From Polyangiaceae bacterium (lineage in GTDB: Bacteria; Myxococcota_A; Polyangia; Polyangiales; Polyangiaceae): 64,000 nt of DNA. A program made the position numbers and the translations under genes. The DNA lies in assembly GCA_965222375.1 (NCBI GenBank), contig CBDCTZ010000005.1, positions 448,001 to 512,000 of the forward strand, in the 5' to 3' direction. Positions 11,218 to 19,846 of the stretch are shown piece after piece. The notes beneath the pieces are model-generated. The model searched no databases and was not told the origin of the DNA. It worked only from the letters and a program-made list of their open reading frames with translations. Numbering within the stretch: position 1 is the stretch's first letter; each line of letters opens with the position of its first letter.

Positions 11218-11753
11218 GCGCTCCCGCGGACGCAGCCCGAATCGCCCAATGGGACGAAGTCCTAGACGACGCGAACTACTACGAGATTCTGGGCGTGCTT
11301 CCGATCGCTTCTCAGGAGAGCATTCGCGACGCTTACCGGGAGTTCGCCCTAGCCTTTCACCCGGACCTACACGCCGAGGCAAACGTCGAAGTGCGCTCCA
11401 AAGTCCAGCGCATTTTCCGCCGCGGAGCAGAGGCCTATCGCGTACTGTCGGATGGGGACTTGCGCCTGCGCTACGACATGGGGGTCGAAGCAGGCCAACT
11501 CCGCTTGGAAATGTCCAAACTCCCGAACCGCTCGCCGTCCTTGGCTCCAGGGACCACCCGCTCACTGCCGGAGATCTGCAAAACCGCCGCTGCCAAGGTG
11601 AGCGCCAAGAAGGCCGCCCGTGCCATCGACGAAGGCGACCTGGCCACGGCGCGGGAAGAACTCAAGAACGCCCTCGGCTACGACGGCGTGAACCCCGACC
11701 TACAAGAACGTATCGAGGCCCTCGACATCGCCCTGTTCGCAACCGGCGGCTGA
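11214..11753 (+). CDS. J-domain (DnaJ-like) co-chaperone with helical C-terminus
   Basis: NYYEILGV ... FHPD ... AYRVLSD..LRLRYD. ATGA overlap with the Hsp70 stop. Confidence 0.9.
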   Translation: MSAPADAARIAQWDEVLDDANYYEILGVLPIASQESIRDAYREFALAFHPDLHAEANVEVRSKVQRIFRRGAEAYRVLSDGDLRLRYDMGVEAGQLRLEMSKLPNRSPSLAPGTTRSLPEICKTAAAKVSAKKAARAIDEGDLATAREELKNALGYDGVNPDLQERIEALDIALFATGG

Positions 11754-11762
11754 ACGGGCACC

Positions 11763-11800
11763 AAAAACAAGCAACGCCGGCCCCGAGTGGAGCCGGCGTC
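11763..11800 (-). terminator. Intrinsic terminator (possibly bidirectional) between converging genes
   Basis: Minus strand reads GACGCCGGCTCC-ACTC-GGGGCCGGCGTT followed by GCTTGTTTTT. Confidence 0.7.
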
Positions 11801-11825
11801 GACAACAGCAGCGCGCGTGCTGGAA

Positions 11826-13403
11826 CTAGAAGCGCACGCCCACGGTCGAGGTGCCACCTGCCTTCACATTAGCGCCCGCAACCTTGCGTCCCTTCTCGGG
11901 GTGAACGAACACGACGGTGTGGTTGCCTGGGCTGACCGACACACCCATCACCGGAGTCATGCCCATGGGACGCCCATCGAGAACGACATTGGCACGCGGG
12001 ATGGAGTTGATGTTGAGGGTGCCCATGGTAGCGGCGGGCTTATCCTGACCCGTGGCCTTGCCGGCCTCGGCGGACTTCGCCCTGCTGCTGGCCTTCTGGG
12101 TGGTCTTCGCAGCGCTGGCAGTCTTGGCGGCTGCAGCCGACTTGTCAGCCTTCTTGGTGCTTGCGACCTTGGATTCCTCCTTGGTGGTGGGCTCCTGGTC
12201 GGCTTTGTCAGCCTTCGCGGCAGGCGCGTCGGCCTTGGTTGCGGTTGCCGTGAGCTGGATGTGTAGCGCGGACTCTCCACCCGCCTCCACACTCACCGCG
12301 CGAGCGGCCGTGGACTCGTAGCCGGGGGCCGTTGCCGTCACCAATCGCGTGCCGGGCTTGACGTCGTCAATGCGACAGGGCGATGCGGTGCAACGTTCTT
12401 CGCCATCGACGAGAACCCGCAAGCCGCTGATAGCCTTACCCCCCGCGCCACCTGCGGTGACCACGACACTGCCTGTGGAGCCGCCGCCGAAGCCCAGGCT
12501 TGATCCCTTGGCTGCAGCGAAACCAACTCCCGCGCCGCCAATCAAAACGACGCCAGCGGCCGCGGCCAAGAGCCAGGGCAACACACCACCGCGCTTGCGA
12601 GCAGGAGGCGGAGCTAGGGACTCAGCAACCGGGGGGATGCTGGAGAGACGACTCGAGTCGATGCTCGGCGCTGCGGTTGCCACTGGCGCAGCGGCGGGAG
12701 CCATTGCAGGAGCGGGAGCGGGAGGTGCAACGGAACTTCCCGTACGCAACAGCCCGGTGGGCACGCGAGCGCTTGTGGGCGGAGCCGAGGGCTTGCGAGA
12801 CGGCGCCGGAACCGACTTCGGCACCGAGGCCGCGGGCTTGGATGTGGGAGGCTTCGGCAATGGTGGAAGCGGCGCGCTCTTGAGAGGTGCGCTCTTCGGA
12901 GACGACGAGGGCCGCGCGGAAGCCACCGGCGGAGAGACGCGCTGGGAGCGCGGTCCCGGACGCGACGTCGGCGGGGGGTTCACGACCGAAGACGGAAGCG
13001 CGACAGTCGGCCCGTCATCCAGCTCCGCGTCGTACTTGGGCAGAATTGCCCGACCACTCTTGAGGGTGCTTCCCAGAGCGTCGAGGGGGGACGCCTCGGC
13101 GGCGGGGGCATCATCTTCGATCAGTTCGGCGTCCGCGACGATCTCCGAGTCGTCACTCATTTGACGAAGGTCGACGGTCTTGGCTTCGTCCTCTTCGATC
13201 ACATCCGCAGCCTCGATGGTCTCTGGCTCCACCGCCTTGGGCTTGCGCATGCTGGGAGGCAGCGGCAGTCCGGATACACGAGCCAGCGGTTTCGGCAGCG
13301 ACGCGGGTGCACGCTTTGACGCGGGCGCCGGTTTGGTCGCGAGCTCCGGAAACAGCTCGTTCTCCGGCTTGGAATTCGAGGGCGAAGATTGGACGTCGAA
13401 CAT
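11826..13403 (-). CDS. Bitopic membrane protein with a Pro-rich cytoplasmic region and two PEGA-like domains
   Basis: ATG at 13403 with RBS AAGGGGAG. One TM (VLPWLLAAAAGVVLIGGAGVGF). C-terminal GTLNINSIPRANVVLDG...TP...VSPGNHTV. Confidence 0.8.
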   Translation of the reverse strand: MFDVQSSPSNSKPENELFPELATKPAPASKRAPASLPKPLARVSGLPLPPSMRKPKAVEPETIEAADVIEEDEAKTVDLRQMSDDSEIVADAELIEDDAPAAEASPLDALGSTLKSGRAILPKYDAELDDGPTVALPSSVVNPPPTSRPGPRSQRVSPPVASARPSSSPKSAPLKSAPLPPLPKPPTSKPAASVPKSVPAPSRKPSAPPTSARVPTGLLRTGSSVAPPAPAPAMAPAAAPVATAAPSIDSSRLSSIPPVAESLAPPPARKRGGVLPWLLAAAAGVVLIGGAGVGFAAAKGSSLGFGGGSTGSVVVTAGGAGGKAISGLRVLVDGEERCTASPCRIDDVKPGTRLVTATAPGYESTAARAVSVEAGGESALHIQLTATATKADAPAAKADKADQEPTTKEESKVASTKKADKSAAAAKTASAAKTTQKASSRAKSAEAGKATGQDKPAATMGTLNINSIPRANVVLDGRPMGMTPVMGVSVSPGNHTVVFVHPEKGRKVAGANVKAGGTSTVGVRF

Positions 13404-13780
13404 ATGGGCTCCCCTTTCCACCCGGCCGGCTGTCCGGTTCGGGACGCGGCAATTTATCTGAAAATCGACTCCATGCACGCCGGAATCCAACAGTCAGGCG
13501 AAAATAATTCGGAAAAATTACGACAGCACCGAAGTTTTCCATTAGAGGTGCATTTTCGAGGCCGCGGCCGAGATCTCGAAGTGACCGCGCTCTCGGTCAC
13601 TGCTCGGGTTCCTGTTTGGTTTTGGGTCGCGTGGTTGCGACGTGACCCGCGCATCCCGTGGGCGCACTGGACGATCCACGCACCAGACGCGTGCACCCCG
13701 GTCGTAAACTGTGGCGACCCCAACATGTGAACCCCAGCTGCATGCCTCCCGCCACGCCAAACCGCGGCATTGTCGGCCCC

Positions 13781-13880
13781 GGTGCCAACGAGTGGCGCGT
13801 TTCGCTTGCCCAGCACGACTCGCCTTGCTCGGTGCCAGCGAGTGGCGCGTTCCACTCGCCCCAGCACGACTCGATTGTCC
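13781..13880. repeat. Degenerate ~50-bp tandem duplication in an intergenic region
   Basis: GGTGCCAACGAGTGGCGCGTTTCGCTTGCCCAGCACGACTCG (13781) versus GGTGCCAGCGAGTGGCGCGTTCCACTCGCCCCAGCACGACTCG (13831). Confidence 0.8.
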
Positions 13881-14783
13881 ACGCCTTGCTCATCGCCAAC
13901 CGTGCGCTTGGCATCCTCACTCGTCTACCAAGCATCGCGCGACAGGTCGGTGCTCTCGCCAGACGACGCGCAGCTTCAACGATGACAGCCGGTGCGTCGA
14001 ACCAACGCGGAAGCTGAGCGGCTACATTGTCTGCCGCGCGGCAGAGCGATCCCCCTTTGATGCGCATCCCGGCATCCAACTTCGCGGAAGCACATTTCTC
14101 ACGTCACAGCATCAGGTCCGCCGATGTCCGTAGGCGCGCCCCCCTATTTGAAGCGACTGGGAAAGCTTCAGCGTCGTCCACCAAGCGGTGCCTTCAACGC
14201 GCGTGTAGAATTCAACATCGGCACTCAGCAACGCGACACGAGCACGGTACTGCGTCGCAGGGGCGGCTGGAACGCGGGCGTTGGACAGCTGACCCAGGGC
14301 GCCATGTCACGCGCTCAAACGCAGCACGGAGCGCTCGGTCACATCCGCTGGGCTATGGGGACGCGGCAATCAACGCGTACGTTTTCGGCGGCGGGACCGG
14401 ACTGGTGCATCTCGCTCCGTCCCGCGGCACGGCAACGCGCAGGCAAGCCGGATTCGAGGAAGGTCCGAGATTTCGTGCGTCCGGATCGAGCCGCCGGAAG
14501 CGCCCTTGGGGGGCGAAACCGTTGGGGACCCGGCATCCTGCCGGAGCGGGGTCGCTACAGTGGCCGCGGCGCCCAAGGTTCTCGAAATCGGGTTGTTTTT
14601 CTATAGTGCCGCCAGGTTCAGCGAAGGGTTTTCCCCCTGGCGGTCCTGGTGCTACAAAAGCGCTTCGGTCGAGGGTTCAGACCGAAATTCGAGCCAAGGC
14701 GTATCTCTTGATAATATATGCAGAAACCCACCCATGATTGTCTGAGCGAAAACCGTGCTCCGACCCTCTAGGAAGGCCCAAAA

Positions 14784-16244
14784 GTGAAGATTTCGTGCCC
14801 CTCGTGTGCGGCAAAGTACTCCATCGCTGACGACAAGGTTGAAAACCGCCTCGCCAAGATCCGGTGCCGTAAGTGCAGCACCACCATCGTCATCGACGGC
14901 AAGGTCAGCCCGGCGAACGTGTACGCAGCCGACGCCTCTGGTACCGCGGCCGAGCAGCCGTCGGCGGCAGCGGCAAGCGTGCCCGAAGCGGCCGCGCCTC
15001 CAGCCGCCGAAGCGCCAGCTGCCGCGGCTCCTGCCGGCCCCGGGCGCGAGTACTCGGTGGATTTCGGCGACAACGACCAACGCACGATGCAGTTGGCGAA
15101 CTTGATCACGGCGTACAATGCCGGCGAGGTCACGGCAGACACATACGTCTGGGCAGACGGAATGGCCGACTGGACGGCACTTGGGGAAGTACCTGAAGTT
15201 GTAGAAGCACTGCATGCGGCTTCGGGCCCCTCGGCTTCGGCTCCGCCTCCGGAAGCCGCGGCGGCTGCGGCGCCTGCGCCGGAGCCCGCGCCCCAAGAAC
15301 CTGCCCCCTCCCCCTTCGGTGGTGGCGCTCCAGACTTTGGCGCCGGCGCTGCCCCTGCTGCAGCGCCGTGGGATCAAGGCGTAGCCGCAGCGGCGGAGGC
15401 GCCTCGTGCGGCAACTGCACCCGGCGGTGGCCGAGGGGCAACGAACGATCTGTTTGGCGGTTTTGCTCAGGCGGGGGGCGAGAGCGATGTCGCCACCAGC
15501 GCGCCGGCCCCGGCACTCGGTGGCGATCCGGCTGGCGAACCCGGGGATCCGGCAACTGGAGCGCGCAACGAATCTTCCGTGCTGTTTTCACTCAGCGCGC
15601 TGACGGCCGCGAAGGACGCGTCGCCATCGGTCCAGAGTTCGAGCACGCCCAGCACCCGAGAGGACTCGGGGCTGATCGATCTCAAAGCCCTCACCTCACA
15701 AGCCGACACTGCTGCGCCCGCTGCCGAGCCCATCGCAGCGCCAGCACCCTTGGGGCTTGCCCCCCCTCTCGGCTCAGCGCCATTGGGTGGCGGCGGCGCC
15801 GCGTCAGCGCAGCTGTCCGTCGCGCCGCCCCAGAAGAAGAGCAAGATGGGGCTCTTCATTGGTGCTGGGATCGCTTTTGGCGCCCTCATCATCGCCGTGG
15901 CCATCATCGTGTCGTCTTCGAAACCCGAGCCGCCGCCGGCGCCTACAGCTGCGGCAACGCCCGCACCCACGCCGACCCCCGCGCCTACTCCGACACCGGA
16001 AGCGACGGTCGCCGCCAAGCCCCCCGCAACCGGTACGGCGGAAGGTGCCGAGGGCGACAAGCCCGCTGCAGCGCCGAAGCCCAAGCCACGCTCTGGCGGC
16101 TACAAGAGGCCCACGAGCGGCGCCAAGCCGACCCCGGGCCCCGCTCCCGCGGCGAAGCCCAAGCCCAAGCCCAAGCCCAAGAACCCCTGCGGTTGCGCTC
16201 CTGGGGATCTGCAGTGCGCCATGCGCTGCGCCGCTGGCGGCTGA
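14784..16244 (+). CDS. MJ0042-type zinc-ribbon + GYF_2 domain membrane protein (GltJ/AgmX-like architecture)
   Basis: CPSC...CRKC, then TYVWADGMADW (GYF_2), RNESSVLFSL and DSGLIDL linker motifs, one TM, a Pro/Lys-rich stalk and a C-terminal CGC...C...C. Confidence 0.8.
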   Translation: MKISCPSCAAKYSIADDKVENRLAKIRCRKCSTTIVIDGKVSPANVYAADASGTAAEQPSAAAASVPEAAAPPAAEAPAAAAPAGPGREYSVDFGDNDQRTMQLANLITAYNAGEVTADTYVWADGMADWTALGEVPEVVEALHAASGPSASAPPPEAAAAAAPAPEPAPQEPAPSPFGGGAPDFGAGAAPAAAPWDQGVAAAAEAPRAATAPGGGRGATNDLFGGFAQAGGESDVATSAPAPALGGDPAGEPGDPATGARNESSVLFSLSALTAAKDASPSVQSSSTPSTREDSGLIDLKALTSQADTAAPAAEPIAAPAPLGLAPPLGSAPLGGGGAASAQLSVAPPQKKSKMGLFIGAGIAFGALIIAVAIIVSSSKPEPPPAPTAAATPAPTPTPAPTPTPEATVAAKPPATGTAEGAEGDKPAAAPKPKPRSGGYKRPTSGAKPTPGPAPAAKPKPKPKPKNPCGCAPGDLQCAMRCAAGG

Positions 16245-16287
16245 GCGGCACGCGGGCCTAGCCGCCCAGATTCGCGATGGCTGCGTG

Positions 16288-18771
16288 CTACCGCAGCAGC
16301 TCGTCAACAGACCCGAGGGACACGGCGCCGCGAGGCGCACGCAGCTCGAGCACCTGACCACGACGGTCGGCACGCCCGAGTCGCACGGTACCGTCGGCGA
16401 GATTCAAAGCGTACGCCGCCCGAGGGGCGGGAGCGGATTGGCCCATCGGGATGACGTACACGCCGATCGGCTCAGAGGTCGTTGGCAAGGCATCGCGGGC
16501 GGCAACGCACTCTACGGCGACCCTGCTGGAGACCTCTTCCGCGGCGCAATGGGACAGAGCGCGCTTGTCACGACCGGCCGCCTTGCCCTTCACGTGGACC
16601 AGCAACCGAGCTGCAGCGCCACGAACGGCTTCGGAAGCGTCAGTGGCGAGCAAGCGTCGCTCCGGGTCACCACAGCGTTGCGCCGCGACACGTAGCCCCG
16701 CCAGGGCCCCAGCGCGCACCGCGCTGCGAGGCGAGTCCAAGCCCTTGCACAACGCCTTGCGCACGGCAGCCGCATTGCCGCCGCGCTGAGAGATCCGGCC
16801 AAGTGCGGTGGCGGCGTTGCCTGCAGCCGCGGAGTCCTTGTCCCGCAGCGCTTTGATCAGGCGCGGCACGTCTTGGCCGCTCCCCACCCAGCCAAGGGAC
16901 CAGTAAGCGTTGGCACGTACAGCACCGTCGGCATCGGCAGCCAGCTTGGCCAGAAGCGGGCGAGCATCTTTGCGCGCCGTCACTGCCTCGGCGATCTTGG
17001 CGCGATCCGCCGAGTCGACGCTTTTGTTCGTCAGTTCCTGCAAGTGCCGCAGCGCAGCTGGGTCAGGGTGGCGCGCCAGCGCCTCAATCAAAGCGTCGCG
17101 CTGCCCGCCGCGACTGGACGCGAGCAAGCGCGCGGCGCGGGCGACATCGGCAGGCGCCTTGGAGCGAGAGAGGGCGCCGGAAAGCGCCAGGGATAGTGCG
17201 ACCCTGTCTTGCTCCGCAGCCCGTTCGAGGCGGTCCAGAAGCGCCCGCGCCGTACCGCCGCTACCCGAGCGCCACAAAGCAATTGCCGCTGCGGTGCGCA
17301 CGCTCCCCTCCTCTGCTTCGAGGGCCAAGAGCAGCGCACGGTCGGCGCCCGCACCTCCGGTGTGGCCGAGAGCCTCAATGGCCGCGACGCGCACTGCAAG
17401 CAAATCCGAATTCTCGGCCAAGGGAACCAAAACGCTAGCCCCGCGTGGCGAACCGGTTCGGCCCATCAACTGAAGCAACGCAACGAACTCACTCTTACCG
17501 GCTTTGGACCGCGCCAGAGCGCGGGTGATCGGTCCCACCGCGCGCCCATCTGGTTTGGATGGATCGAGCAGCTGCGCGCTGGCGGCGACCGCGACCCGGC
17601 GCACGGAGACATCTTTCGCCTCCAAGTACTCCAGCACCGCTGGGAGGTGTGCCGGTTGTTTCAACTTGCCCAAGGATCGGAGCCCGGCCACGGGCGAAAT
17701 CGCACCGCGGCGCAGTGCGTCCCGAACGACTTTGGCCGCAGCCGCTTCGCCAACGTCACCCAAGGCCATCGCGCAGCCATCTGCGATGCGCTGATTGGTT
17801 TCGCTCTTCACGCAGCTCTGCAGCCGAGGCGCCGCTTTCCTTCCTGCGGAGACCAACGCCTTCATGGCCGCCTTGTCCCGAGCCAGAGCGGCCACCACTC
17901 GGTCCAAAGCGCGATCCGTACCAAGGCGCGCCAGGCTACCGAGGGCCGCGGCGCGCACCGCGGCTGGCGGGTCGTCGGAGGCCGCGACGTTTTCGATGGC
18001 GAGCGCCGACTGGGGATCCGAGAGCCGACCCAGGGCCTCGAGGGCCGCGATGCGGACGGCATCGTCGCCATCCCGGAGCGCGAGCACGAGGGCACTGGCA
18101 GCGCGGCTATCGCCCAACTCACCCAGGGCAAAGGCGACAGCGCGCCTGACTTCCGGACGCCCGTCTTGGATCTTGCCGATCAAGGGAACCACAGCGCGCG
18201 GATCCGCAAGCCGGGCTAGCGCCAGCACCACGTCCCGACGGACATGAGGCGCCGTGTCATCCAAGTGGCCCAACAACGGTAGCGCCGCCTGTTTGCGGCC
18301 ACTGGCACCCAGAGCCCGCGCCGCCAAACCTCGCACGACGGGATCAGGATCCGCAAGGGCGCGCCCAAGAGCCGTGATGGCCCGCGGGTTCGGGCTCCAG
18401 GACAGCAGCTCCGCCGCGGCGACCCGCATACGTTGATCGGAATCACTGAGCCATGGAATGACCCGCGTACTGGCGCGCCGCTCGCCCAAGTGGCGCGCGG
18501 CAGCCTGTGCGGCGAGTCGCACTTCGATATCTGGATCGTCCATGGCCGCTAGAGCGAGGCGTCGACCCACTGTTGGCGACAGCCCCGCAATCCGTTGCGC
18601 GGCTCGTCGGCGTTGCCCCACGTCGTCGCTCTTGAGCTGACGTTCCACGCGGTCCACCGCGTTCGGCCAAATGGATGCCCCGGCCGGTGTCGCCAGGGCC
18701 GAAACCATGACCAGGGCGGAAAGGTAGCGGCGCACGGGACGCAGATTAGTGGCGCGCGGCGACAGTTCCAA
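16288..18771 (-). CDS. Secreted HEAT-repeat (PBS lyase-like) protein
   Basis: Signal peptide (start probably GTG 18735). Many LxDxDxxVRxxAAxALG repeats. Confidence 0.85.
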   Translation of the reverse strand: MELSPRATNLRPVRRYLSALVMVSALATPAGASIWPNAVDRVERQLKSDDVGQRRRAAQRIAGLSPTVGRRLALAAMDDPDIEVRLAAQAAARHLGERRASTRVIPWLSDSDQRMRVAAAELLSWSPNPRAITALGRALADPDPVVRGLAARALGASGRKQAALPLLGHLDDTAPHVRRDVVLALARLADPRAVVPLIGKIQDGRPEVRRAVAFALGELGDSRAASALVLALRDGDDAVRIAALEALGRLSDPQSALAIENVAASDDPPAAVRAAALGSLARLGTDRALDRVVAALARDKAAMKALVSAGRKAAPRLQSCVKSETNQRIADGCAMALGDVGEAAAAKVVRDALRRGAISPVAGLRSLGKLKQPAHLPAVLEYLEAKDVSVRRVAVAASAQLLDPSKPDGRAVGPITRALARSKAGKSEFVALLQLMGRTGSPRGASVLVPLAENSDLLAVRVAAIEALGHTGGAGADRALLLALEAEEGSVRTAAAIALWRSGSGGTARALLDRLERAAEQDRVALSLALSGALSRSKAPADVARAARLLASSRGGQRDALIEALARHPDPAALRHLQELTNKSVDSADRAKIAEAVTARKDARPLLAKLAADADGAVRANAYWSLGWVGSGQDVPRLIKALRDKDSAAAGNAATALGRISQRGGNAAAVRKALCKGLDSPRSAVRAGALAGLRVAAQRCGDPERRLLATDASEAVRGAAARLLVHVKGKAAGRDKRALSHCAAEEVSSRVAVECVAARDALPTTSEPIGVYVIPMGQSAPAPRAAYALNLADGTVRLGRADRRGQVLELRAPRGAVSLGSVDELLR

Positions 18772-18815
18772 TCGTTATTCGCCCGCTCGCAGCGCCGGGT
18801 CCGGCAGGCCCGAGC

Positions 18816-19835
18816 TCAGGCCGCTGAAGGCGCCTGGTCCGGCAATGACACGCCCATTTCAGCGAAGGCGGCGCGGGACGCCCGCCGCTGGAGGGGGCGG
18901 AGGTAGCCGTAGAACACTGCGTTCTGCAGCACCAAGCGAGCGACCATGTACACCTCGAGCAGATCGATCGCCGTGAACACCGTGATGCCGAAGACCAGGG
19001 AGCCGAACCCGAAGAAGCCCCTGAAGATCCGCATCGGCCGTTCGGCATGTGCACGGTAGATACGCGCGTTCTCTTCGTTGTAGGCAGGGAACCGCGAGAA
19101 CATCGAGCTCGTGTGCGCGTCGAACTTGGATGCGTAATCCGCCTGGCTCTTGACGTAGAAGAGGTACACCGGCCACGAGAGCCGAATCAGCAAGCCACCC
19201 TCGGCTCGCTTGACCTGGTAGCGCGCCAACGCCGTTTCGTAGTCTTCCGCTTCACGGAAGCGAGCGTTGGTGAGACTCAGGTAAACGTTTTTGAAGTGGT
19301 CGTACATGCTGGTGTGGAAGGAGCCCGTCACAGCCGTCGCCGCGCATAGCCCCAGCGCGATAGCGCCCATCCACCAGGTATCGTTGTACTTGCTCCACAC
19401 CGCAAAGCAGGCACCGCCAACTGCAGCCACCGAGACGACTAGATCCGCCGTTCCGTCCAACATCCGACCCAGGGGGCTGGAAGTGCCGCGCATGCGCGCG
19501 AGCTGACCGTCCGCACAATCGAAGATCGCTGACAGGAAGATGCACAGGGCACCGAGCTGCATGTGATACGGCGACGATGTGAACAGAAAGAAGCCACCTG
19601 CAACCCCGAAGGCGATCGAGATCAACGTCACCATGTTCGGCGATATCGGCGTGGGGTAGAGCGCCTTGGTAAGAAGATACGCCAGCGGCCGATGCACCCA
19701 CACGTCGATGGGCTCCTCGACGTCGAGAGGCTTGAGGGTCTTCTTGTAGGACGCCCAGAAGCCCTCGGGATGCGCTTCGACGATGGATCCCACGCCTTGG
19801 CGGGACTCAGGTGCTACGTCGAAGACAGAACTCAT
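18816..19835 (-). CDS. CDP-alcohol phosphotransferase
   Basis: Signature DCADGQLARMRGTSSPLGRMLDGTAD, SPNMVT motif, several TM helices. Confidence 0.93.
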   Translation of the reverse strand: MSSVFDVAPESRQGVGSIVEAHPEGFWASYKKTLKPLDVEEPIDVWVHRPLAYLLTKALYPTPISPNMVTLISIAFGVAGGFFLFTSSPYHMQLGALCIFLSAIFDCADGQLARMRGTSSPLGRMLDGTADLVVSVAAVGGACFAVWSKYNDTWWMGAIALGLCAATAVTGSFHTSMYDHFKNVYLSLTNARFREAEDYETALARYQVKRAEGGLLIRLSWPVYLFYVKSQADYASKFDAHTSSMFSRFPAYNEENARIYRAHAERPMRIFRGFFGFGSLVFGITVFTAIDLLEVYMVARLVLQNAVFYGYLRPLQRRASRAAFAEMGVSLPDQAPSAA

Positions 19836-19846
19836 GACTCAATCCC

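Noticed and set aside
13781..13900. Possible CRISPR array
   Set aside because: Only two adjacent degenerate units, no spacers and no cas genes.
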